Assembly (NCBI GenBank): GCA_001938485.1
Contig: MQRK01225404.1
Coordinates: forward strand, 1 to 51,266
DNA length: 51,266 bases
Direction: 5' to 3'
Origin: Girardia tigrina
Lineage: Eukaryota
Part shown: positions 13,441 through 23,898 of the stretch, piece by piece
Layout of the letters: each line of letters starts with the position of its first letter
Numbering within the stretch: position 1 is the first letter of the stretch
Made by a program: the position numbers and the translations under genes
The notes under the pieces: model-generated
Database searches by the model: none
What the model saw: the letters and a program-made list of their open reading frames with translations, nothing else
Told to the model about the DNA's origin: nothing

Positions 13441-14038
13441 TTTTTAGATTTGTTTTAGCTAACTAATTTTCAAGGTTAGAAAAAACTAGTATATAAACAA
13501 TTATTATTTCAGTATTATTCACAACAAAAAATTTCGGACAAAAAATTATACTGCAGACCTTACTAAAGTTTTTAAAACTTCATCATGTATTACGATAATC
13601 TTTTTTATTTAATTTTTGTTAACCAATCTAGTATCCTGTAAAGGAGAAATATTGAAATTAGACTTTCAGGTATCGCGCGTTCTAAATTGATATTGATTTG
13701 GTTGATTGAGTGTGCTTCAAATATTTGATTTAGTGATAAAGTTTTGAAATTCAGTTTTTTGCTCAAGTTGTCATTTGCAAATAAAGTTTATTAAAAGGAA
13801 TTATATTATATAAGAATTTTATATTATTGTTGGAAGAAACCTTTTGGTCGATTTGGAGTTAGATTAGTAGTTTAATATAAGCAAAGATAAAAACGAGATT
13901 TAATTGTAATACCCAACAATATATATATATATATATTAATAATTTCGAATTTTATAATTTTTATTTAAATAAATCAATCAAATAAAGAAAACTTTGTTTT
14001 GAGCATTTTATTCCTTTTTTAATTTAAGTCAATAAAAA

Positions 14039-14194
14039 ATGTCTCGACGAGAAAAATGAGGAAAATGATTGGGAAAGGGAGGAGACTCCGGAAAGCGTTT
14101 GAGAAACAACATCCAGGGCAACACCAAGCCGGTCATGAGGCGACTGGCGTGAAAAGGCTGTGTGAAGAGAATCTCCGGTTTGATCTAAGAAGAG
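14039..14194 (+). pseudogene. H4: Histone H4 pseudogene (N-terminal half)
   Basis: Reads [45 protein letters not shown] against H4 [54 protein letters not shown]; four stop codons. Confidence 0.93.
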
Positions 14195-14381
14195 AGCATT
14201 CAGTCATCTATCCTGAAAATCGTCCGCAATTTATTGAGGGCTTCAGAAAATGCGCAACGGTCCTCTTTAGGGCCAAAGTTGTTGATTGTAGGACGAGTGT
14301 CTTCATTCCAACGAGACAAAAAATAACAATATCTGTATACATTTACACCATTTTTTCTTAAGCCAAATGAAATGTTATAAA

Positions 14382-14614
14382 ATGAATCGCGCACATCCGC
14401 TAGAAGTGAAAAATGTAACATTTTACGTATGTGTAGTTATTTGGATATTTATTTATGCATATATGTGTAGGTATATATATTCGATCCATTTATGAAAATC
14501 CTTCTTGAAAATGCGGTCGAAATCGATAAAGATAATCAAGAGATCAATATCGGGACGATCGTGATCCGTGGCATCAGCATCAATATTCTCGAGGCGGTCG
14601 ATCGCGTCTTTTGA
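14382..14614 (+). pseudogene. SNRPG: Degenerate Sm protein G copy lacking the first Sm1 strands
   Basis: MNRAHPLEVKN matches MSKAHPPELKK; FDPFMKILLENAVE...NIGTIVIRGISINILEAVDRV matches the SmG C-terminus; possible GT-AG intron 14415-14470. Confidence 0.85.
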
Positions 14615-14670
14615 TCGTTTGCGTAAAAGTGTGTTGTAATATATGAAATGAAAATGCGAATTTTAGCTTT

Positions 14671-15321
14671 TTATTGATCGATTTTAAGATTATTTATTGT
14701 TCGATTCTTAGATTTTATTTTACAAAATAAAAGTTTTCTTAAGTAAATTTGAGGGAAATCTTTTGAAGAGTGGGTGCCACTTCGTCTATGTGAGACCTGA
14801 GCTGGCCCAATCGTCGTAAATCGATCCTGGGAATTGGATCGAGAGAAACTGCTAAAAAAATAATAGCCTACCGGTTTCGGATGGCGTTGGGATATAGTTG
14901 GGATATCTTGCCCGACAGCTCCGGAACGAAGTCGATTTGACTTGAGGGCGATCGAGTTGCCGTTAGTGCCGTTGATATGATTGGTGAGGTTGTTACCGTT
15001 GTTGTTGGCCGCCGATTGATTCAAATGAGACAAATTGAAGTCGGCCACGGGCGACTGGTTGAGTAAACTGACGCTGTTCCCACTGGTCGAGTTGGTGTGA
15101 TCGTTGCTGAAATTTGACCATTGGAAAGTTTGATCGGGTTCGGGAATCGAATGCATTTTCGAGACAAAAACGTTGATTACAGGCGAATAATTCCGATAGG
15201 TGTACAAGAAAATATTCAACAATTGACTGTCGATTTTGTTCGAGGGATCAGTGAAACATTCGATAATATCGTCTATTGTCAGTAGATGACCAATCGTTCG
15301 AATTTCACTCAGAAATTTCAA
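14671..15321 (-). CDS. RasGEF N-terminal (REM)-like fragment followed by an Asn/Ser-rich region; no ATG before the domain, probably a gene fragment
   Basis: TIDDIIECFTDP..IDSQLLNIFLYTYRNY resembles the REM consensus (L..L.....D..F...FL.TYR.F). Confidence 0.5.
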   Translation of the reverse strand: MKFLSEIRTIGHLLTIDDIIECFTDPSNKIDSQLLNIFLYTYRNYSPVINVFVSKMHSIPEPDQTFQWSNFSNDHTNSTSGNSVSLLNQSPVADFNLSHLNQSAANNNGNNLTNHINGTNGNSIALKSNRLRSGAVGQDIPTISQRHPKPVGYYFFSSFSRSNSQDRFTTIGPAQVSHRRSGTHSSKDFPQIYLRKLLFCKIKSKNRTINNLKIDQ

Positions 15322-15449
15322 TTAAATTTCATTAAATTCGATAAAGGATTTGTTGAGAAAATTTGTCAAAATAGAAAAACATTTTAAATCTGTACAAAGA
15401 TTTTATTTACAATCACAAAAGATATATATTTTTTTGAAAGTAACGACCA

Positions 15450-17545
15450 AATTGAAATTATTCAAACAACATAATTATAGTGTTAATTTTTTTTAAGTTT
15501 TTTTTTCGATACTTTTTTCTGTTCTAATGTTGTCGATTCACTCCATTGTTTTTTTTAAAAAATTAAATTTCGCATTTTTACACATTTTTTTGTTATTAAA
15601 TTTTGATTGTTAAAATTAAATTAATAAATTGTGATCACTACATCAGCCCCCAACGATAAATGCGGAGCATGATGCGAATTATGGTTTGGTGGGGAAGACC
15701 TGTGAATCGTTGAACTGGACAAATGGTGCAAAGGAGATGGACTGTCGTAATAAAGATGGAGGTTTATTGTTGTATTGGGGGTTATAATTAATGTGGTTGG
15801 TGTTGTGATTGATGTGGTTGTGGATACCTACACGGAACAACGGTTTGGCGATTCTGCAGCTGTTAACGCCATTTACATCATTCGCTACGGTTTTGAGGAT
15901 TGGAACCAGTTCTTCTTGCTTGTGGTGGACGCATCCTGGAGCACAGTCCTTGGCGTCCTTTCTAAATTGGGCGTGCCAGATGCACACTTCGCTAATCTGA
16001 AGTTCAGATTCGATACAGGGAAATATGCACCCCGGTTGATACTTCTTCGCTTCCTTGTCGAATCGACGGTGAAAATAACACATCGTAGCGTTCGAGAATA
16101 AACCGGGTGGGGGTGTCGGTGTCCCTCCATGACATTGAGCGGCTAATGTTCTTCCTGTGTGAATTTGCAATTTCCGAGTCACGGTATTTTTGAACGGCGT
16201 GTGTTTATCTCGCAGGTCCTTATGATTGCGGTTGATGTCGATTGGTGCTTCCTGGATTGTGTGGATGCCAGCAAGAGTCGATGTCACGTGTTGGCTGTCG
16301 GAAATATGATCTTTGAAGATTAGTTTACGATTCCTGCAGTCGACAAGAATGTTAAAATGGTCGAAAAAATCGGCACCTAGAATGGGTTGTGTGACATCGG
16401 CCACAACAAAGGTCCAATTGAAGGTTTGGTTGAGCTGTTTCAATGAAAATGATAATTGAAGCTTTCCAAACGTTTGGACTGTGGANNNNNNNNNNNNNNN
16501 NNNNNNNNNNNNNNNNNNNNNNNNNNNNNNNNNNNNNNNNNNNNNNNNNNNNNNNNNNNNNNNNNNNNNNNNNNNNNNNNNNNNNNNNNNNNNNNNNNNN
16601 NNNNNNNNNNGCATCATAAGTGAATAAACCACAGCAGCTGTCCTCGTCCTTGTCATCTGCTGCTTGGATAGAAGGCGAAACTAGTTTTTTTGGCGGTTCA
16701 TGTTTGCAACCGAGAGCGCATGATCTGGCTTGATCGGCGTAATTGTAATGTCAAATGCACATGTCCGTCATGTCAAGTATTGAGCGGTCGCCTTTCCACG
16801 CGCAGCCGGGTTGGCATTTCTTAGCCTTGGTGCCAAATTTGCGGTGATAATAGCAGAGAGGAGTTTGTTGTTTCGTCGGGTTCTTTCGGTGGTCATGTTG
16901 ACCGTTGGATCTGCAGCGGTGTCGGTTGTCCGATCCCGACTTCAACAATGCGACAGTGGATGCCAGATCAGACATGATGGTGGCCCTCTGAGCTGTCAGT
17001 GCCTCGATTTTTCCGTTCTGTTGTGTCACCGAGTCCGGATTTTCGCATCCGGTGGTGGGTGGGGACAGGTTGAAACAAGTGTCGGAACTGGAGAGCACTG
17101 TTTCGGTAATTTTATCTGCGATTTCTGCCAGTTCTTTCAGATCAGTGGTGCTGGTGGCTGCGAGAATAGCATTGTGAATCAGGGGAAGCGATTGAATGAA
17201 AAATTTCTTCAAAATCGCTGAATCCTGTGTAATCCCTGGTTGGATCAACTCAAGATCGCTGATAACCCGTTGTAAGAATTTTGATGGCTTCAGTATGCCG
17301 ATTTGTTGTGTCTTGAAGTAGTTTTCAAATACAACATCAAATTTTGGCTCGTGAGCCATCATAATTTTTCGCCGAAGTTGGTTATACGGTTCGGCGTGCT
17401 GTATGATTGCTGCAAGATGTGGTGCAAGCATTTGGAGTTGTTCTGCTGGAATCGCACTGAGAAGGTTCTGGAACAGACTGTTCTGCGACTTGATGCGGAT
17501 CGCCTTGAACCTGACATCCATGAGGTCCAACCATACTTTGGGTGA
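15450..17545 (-). mobile_element. Gypsy gag-protease element without RT or integrase; PPT at 15643-15653 and 3' LTR starting TGTAGTG at 15642
   Basis: gag with LKELAEIADKI and CYYHRKFGTKAKKCQPGC; protease WTFVVADVTQPILGADFF; left LTR boundary approximate. Confidence 0.85.
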
Positions 17546-17559
17546 AAAAAAATATAATA

Positions 17560-18600
17560 ACGTTTAAGACTATAGAGAATAATTACACATGGAAAGTGAA
17601 CTGTCTGATTCAAACAACTTATTCTAACTGGAAAAGATTAATACTCGTTTTTGCATGGATTAGACGTTTAATTCATAATTTAAAAAAGGTTCTTCTTAAT
17701 CAAAAATTTGAAAATATCTGTGTAGAATAATACAAGCAGTCAAAAATGGAAATCATAAAAAGACAGTAAATGACTGATTTTAGTGAGGACATTGAGAACC
17801 AAAAACAGGGAAAAGTTATTCCTAAAAAGTTTATACCGATAAAGTTAAATCCTTTTGTAGACCCAAATGGTGTGTTAAAGAGTTGAAGTCGTTTGGATAG
17901 TTCAACTTGGTTATTAAGTGAATAAAAATTGCCGATAATTATAAAACGTAAAAGTTGGTGTACCATGAAATAAATTGTCAAGAAAAACATTATGGTGGAG
18001 TAGACTTCATATTTAGTAGAATTAATCAAGAATTTTGGTTTACTGAAGAACGAGACGTAATTAAATTTAAATCATTTTATAAATCTTAAATCATTGTATA
18101 AAATGTAATAGAGATATAGCTAAGGGAATAAATCAACAAGTCGTGGTTACCTTTGTTTCGACTAGATCCACAGTGGAGAAGTTTACTAAAAGTTGCTAAA
18201 GATTATGGTGACCTCTTGATACCATACTAGGTCGCGGATACCACCGAGAAAAGAGATATCTTTGCTTATTCTCTTGTTTACTCACTTGAGTGGTGCATTT
18301 AGAACTCGTAAAAAATCTGGAGACTGAATTGTTCTTGAGAGCATTTTAAAGATTTATTAACAGAAAGGGAACAGCAAAATTGATAATTAAGGATAACGGA
18401 ACAAACTTTTTTGCAACAGCAAACGATGAAAACATGTTTTGAGTAGTTACTTATTCTCTTAAGAACCACATATACCAAAATAAGATTACTTGACTTCAAA
18501 CAATTTTATCAGAAGTCGAAAATATGCTGAACAGTCTTTCTATTGTGTAATGCGTACTGATGTAGCCTATGATCTGGCGTTAAAACCTTATCATTTTCTA
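17560..18600 (+). mobile_element. Degenerate BEL/Pao pol (integrase region)
   Basis: YSNWKRL, LNPFVDPNGVL, VHLE, FKRFINRKG..DNGTNF and SEVENMLN across several frames. Confidence 0.8.
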
Positions 18601-19099
18601 TGATGATATAAATAATTATAAAAAACAATATTAAAATAATATTAAAAATTTGAATCCCGAACATTGGTAAAAATCAGGGTACACTCACCAGCTGTACGAG
18701 TTAATATTATGTCCGATCTTGTACTTTTTCCATTGAGAAATGAAGAATAGTAGTGGTCGAAACCCTTGTCTCAGACTATTTGAAAAAAAATTGCTTGACG
18801 AAAATTTCAAGTTAATATTAATGAAAAATAAAATGACTTGAACATTCATGTAAGATCGTGTGATATGAAATACACAAGACTATAACATATAAACATCATG
18901 CAAAGAAACCAAGAAACCAAATAATTAAGTAAAACATAAACAATATACAAAGTTGAATTTTGATTTTAAAAAAAAGTTTAATAAATGGATTTTGAGGAAA
19001 TGATTAAATTGGATTAACGAGAAGAGATTTGTTTAAATTTGTGTGAAATTTTCATTAATAAACTTTAGTATGAAATTATGATTTATAATCCTGAATCAA

Positions 19100-19700
19100 A
19101 CATTATCGAAGATCATGTTGATGCAACTAATATGACAATCAGCGCTACATTGGTAACAATTGTTACTAGAAAACTTCCTTTTAAAGGTGAGTACTTGGTT
19201 ACATTCGACGAGGATTACTAATTTTCTTTCAATTTGAGGGAATCACGAGATCCAAGTGTGAGATCATTGTTCAATGCTTATTGCACAAGGACGTGAAAGA
19301 GAGATACAAAGCTGTCAACAAGACAATTGGGGATGCAAAGACCGTTTGCGAAAATATTTTGTCGGTCCACGTCATTATTCGAAATTTGAACTGAAGTTTG
19401 CGGCTCTAAAATGAAAGATAATATACCAGAAAATTTGTTAGAAAAGATAGAAAAACTCAGGACGAATACTAAAACACAATCTCACTAATAAAAGTATCAT
19501 GGAAACCTTATTATAAAACTTTTGAAACGACATGGATATAAAGACAGAACAACGAGTGAATAAGCTAAAAAGAGTAGAAGAGATAAAAAAAGAAGATTAT
19601 AATATGTGAGTGCGAAGAAGCATTACAAGATGTTAACAACGTGGTATAACAAGAAAATTACAAGTAAAATTGATAAATAAATGGACATACATATATAGCG
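19100..19700 (+). mobile_element. Possible decayed retrotransposon gag
   Basis: Fragmentary frame KLPFKGE...IIVQCLLHKDVKERYK is loosely gag-like; many stops. Confidence 0.25.
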
Positions 19701-19899
19701 AGGAATATTGCGTTACTTTACTTACATAACCAATAATTCCACAAGAACATAAGCAGAGTATACATATAGGTAAGACTATATTTTCAAGTAATTTTAAACC
19801 AACATTAAAAATAGTTTAATAGTTAGTGCTTCTTTACTTACGAGACAACGAAGATTGTTGTTTTACATGTTAGTTTTACTGGCAATAAAAATGAACTTT

Positions 19900-20290
19900 T
19901 TTCAGTAATCCCACTCACAACAAAAACCATTTGTTCAAGTAAGCGAACCATCAACATTCAGGAATATATGATTTGTTTAGATGAGATTAGGTGAGATTAG
20001 AAAATATTTGTGTACTACTTAATCCAAATGACACAAATACCGCTAATGTTTACTGACAACAGTTGATAAATTTGAGACATTTATTTTATGAAAACAGTTT
20101 TATTCGACAGAAAAAACAGCGTAAAGTGATTTTCCGGAAAAAAACTACGAAGAAATAAAAAGAGAGCTCAAAAAATTTTATTGTATCAAAAGGTAAAACT
20201 ATTTTTTCAATGCAGTTCATAAATTGCCAGAAAGGTGGTCGAAAGTCAAAGTTAATCACTAAAAATACTTTTATTACAATAAAATCGACG
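19900..20290 (+). mobile_element. Mariner transposase remnant
   Basis: PNDTNTANVY*QQL and FFNAVHKLPERWSKV (mariner C-terminal motif). Confidence 0.7.
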
Positions 20291-20614
20291 ATTATTCAGA
20301 AATAAACGTATTTCTAGTGTAAAAATACTAAAAAATAAGTTATATATTCTAAAAATAAAGTATTTTAATTTTAATTCAATCGTATTTCTCATACAAACTT
20401 TTTAACATTTTTTTTAATATTTTTAAACATATTTTCATTAAATCGTAAAATATTTTTGATAAATAAAATTTAAAATTAGCGGAAAAATTTAAAGGGAAAA
20501 ATTGACTTTACACAGAAATTGTTTAATTAAGAAGTTATAAATAAAAATAATTATACTTAATTAAATTAAATTAAATTAAATAAATACACTATAATTAAAT
20601 AAATTACAATTCTG

Positions 20615-22520
20615 ATGAATAATTTGATAAATTTGATTTCGATAATTTCGAATGATAAACTAAATGAAAAAAATGAAATCCTGAAAAAAGTTTGTTAATT
20701 TATTAATTTATGATGATTAATTTGCTTTTTCGAAATAGATAGAAGAAACTGCAGGAGTTTCGAGGCATTTAATGGACATTTGTATGTTAAGAGAATTGAA
20801 AGAGGATGTGAAAAGAGAAGCTGCCTCCCTTTTGAAGAAGCACGTTCATCATTATTGGTTTTATGAAAATTATTGTTCAAAGTTCCTTAATGAAACAGAT
20901 AAATTATATATAAAATCAAAGATTATTGATGGAATTGTGAAATCAGAAGGTGTTATTCAAAAAGATCTTCTATTAACCTATGGAAAGATTACCGAAAATG
21001 ACTTTCCAAGAAAATGGAAAGATTTACCAAACGAAATTATCAAAGTTTTTGATAGTAAAAACCAGGAACATTGGATTTCGGGTTATCTGTGCTTGCTAAA
21101 GCCGTTTCAAGTATTAAGTTATCACAATAAATTCAAAAATAGCCCTTTAACAGAAGAAACAATATGTACCATAATGAAGAAACACTTAGAATTTTTCTTA
21201 AGTGATGATTCAGAAAGTGGAATTACTCTACAAAAACATATTTTAAAATTACGTTACTTTTCGTTAAGATTTGAAAAGGACATTCCGAAGGAAGAGTTTC
21301 AATTTTGGGTCCGATCTGCTGGTATCATAAGCATGAGAGTTATCAACGAAAGATCCACACAGTCTATGTTAACGAAGTGTCAGAAATGGGCAGTTAATTT
21401 ACTTTCAAAATTTATTGACACTTACAAACGTCGAACTTTATCACAAAATTCGGATTCGGGGATTTCGGAGTCCTTTCCGACAACTATTATTTTGATATTG
21501 AACAAAATCTGTGATAATTATTCGAACGGAAACTATGCTCATCCAAAAGTGTTTGATACTATCATTAATTGCTATTTATCGTTTATAGAATGCTCTAATT
21601 TACTGAAATATTTGCAACCATATTTGATTAATTTCTTTCAAACTTTCATATTCGGAATTCTCATTGATGAAGAAGTAAAGAACCTTTTATTGCAAAACGA
21701 CCCAGAGAAGTTCTGTCACATCATATACTACAATGCACGGAAATATATATATAATTTGAAAATTACAGAAATGATAATTGTGATCTCTAAATGTGATAAA
21801 ACATTTCTAGAATCTTTATTTCATTTAATCATCAAAAGGTTTCGTTGTCAAGAAATCACACCCTTTACTAAACGTATCTATTTTAATGTCATAGGAACAT
21901 TATCAGAATCATTTTCAAAACTAAACCATTTCACTCGACAACTTGAATTATTTATTCTTGAATTTGTGATTCCGGAACTAAAGTCGTCTGAAATATTGAT
22001 GAGAACCAAAGCTTGCTGGTTAATTAAACAATTGGCTGTCATACATTTACAAGACAAAAGTCTTGTAGAATTATTGGTTTCTGAATTAATGTTTTTATTC
22101 AAACATGATCAAGATTTGGCGGTCATGGTTATTGCAAGCGATGCTTTTGTGAAATTATTAGTAGTCAGTAAGGAAGACAACGAAGCAGCCCTCGATGCAT
22201 TAGTACGTCCAGTTGTCCTACAACTTCTAAAATTAATGAAAATAACACATAACGAAATATTAAATTATATATTCAGCCAAATTACCAGCAATTTCAGATT
22301 AGAAATCGTTTCGTATTCGTTGGATAGAGCGATAAATTTAAAGAAAATAGTGCAAAAAATGTATTGCGAACATTCCAATTTCAATAAAAAAAAATTATTT
22401 GAAATTTATGAAAGCTTGGAAGACAATTGCCATTCTTCATTGTATAAATTGTTAGATATTTTTAAATCAGATCCAAAAATTCTCGAAATCGCCCAACAAA
22501 TTTTTGAAATAAAACTCTGA
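20615..22520 (+). CDS. Importin-7/8-like paralog B; exons 20615-20689 and 20739-22520 (~618 aa)
   Basis: Collinear with paralog A, same 49-nt GT-AG intron; a +1 frameshift near 22511 removes the tail. Confidence 0.85.
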
Positions 22521-22951
22521 CACTGAAAATTCTGCATCTGACACAGATTATTTCACATCAAAACTGCGAAGACAAAACAATGAAAGACAAAACCGCGAAT
22601 AATAATCTCCAGAAAATGGCATATAAATAAAGATAAACAAAAACAGACAATATTATCTTGGCACCTGATATAATGAAATCAAATATAAAAACTTTTTTAT
22701 CTAATTTAATTTTTATGGAACAAATAAATGTAGATATAGCCAAAATTATAATCATAAAAAATTCTATTTGAAAAAGTAAATAATGTCAAAGGATATAAAC
22801 AAAGTATTTTATTAAATACAAATTGTGCTACATAAATATTTTCAGATCATCGGACTTCAGAAAAAAATTGTGTACATGTCCTTGGAGATCATCTAGCTTT
22901 AATGTTCACGTCCATAAGCAGCTTCCGCATAATTATTAGTAGGGGTTAAAA

Positions 22952-23898
22952 TGTTATAATTTTATTATATTATATTTAAATATTTTATTTATTAAATATT
23001 TCATTAAAACTAAAATTATTACATTTTTTAGAATACTTGATTAAAACTAAAATTATTACTGTAGTGGAGACGTTGCTCCGGAATGGTTGTGTCCCCGACC
23101 ACTTAATATTTCAGAGTCCGTGAGACTCTACACGTTTGATGGACCCGCTTCCACCGGTGACGGGAACCACCATCGGGTCGTAGGAGAGAGTGACGACCGC
23201 AGGACAGCCCGTCGCTGTCGACGTGTTGTCTGATTCGCCCTCAAGCCGGAACCGAGAGCCTGGGTGCGCGTAGGGATGGCCCAGGAGTTCGAGCTCCGGG
23301 GAAACGCCGCTGGATTGGGCTAAAACCAACCGCGCGATGAATTGCGGCGTGCAGAAGGTGTGTACCCCCGGCAAGTTCGATCGGACAGATTCACCACACG
23401 AACGAACGAGAGAGTTCCAGTCTGTGACAATTCTCGTGTCGAATAATTATCCATCAGTCACGTCGAAAACACAGTAAATTGTAGAACAGTTAATGGAAAG
23501 TGCGGATTTCAGTAAAAAAAGATAAAGCGATTCATCGTAAACTATTTATTTCCTTTCAAATTTCACACCTATTTTGTTTGTTCATTTAATTATTTCAGTT
23601 ATTTAAACAATATTATTTTTACACAATCAATAATTATTTTTTATTATTGTTTTTAATCAGCTTTTTTATCGACGGTACTACAATTACTTCAATAGAATTT
23701 ATAAAATGTTAGATTAAATCTAAATTTTATTACATAAATCATAAAAAATAAAATTTATAAAACGGTAACAAATATATGCTTTATTAAATTCATATACAAA
23801 AATTCATGTACAAATACAAATAATATCTGAATATTAAAAAAAATATACAATAAATTATTTTTATAATATTGTCGCAAATTCCTCATAATATCGTCACA
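22952..23898 (-). repeat. 3' LTR of the Gypsy element at 23899-26340, interrupted by a solo LTR
   Basis: Minus-strand G-rich PPT followed by TGTGACGA; ends ...TAACA. Confidence 0.6.
23060..23682. mobile_element. Solo LTR with 5-bp target-site duplication
   Basis: Termini TGTAGT...ACTACA; ATTAC on both sides (23055-23059 and 23683-23687). Confidence 0.85.

Noticed and set aside
14056-14361. 101-aa ORF as a gene
   Set aside because: Its first half is an off-frame reading of the H4 pseudogene
14852-14871. 20-nt GT-AG micro-intron on the minus strand
   Set aside because: Splicing shifts the frame to an early stop while the unspliced frame stays open; unsupported without RNA data
18735-18775. 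Hammerhead or Penelope-like TGAAGA...CGAAAC
   Set aside because: Lacks the CTGA core and a convincing stem II
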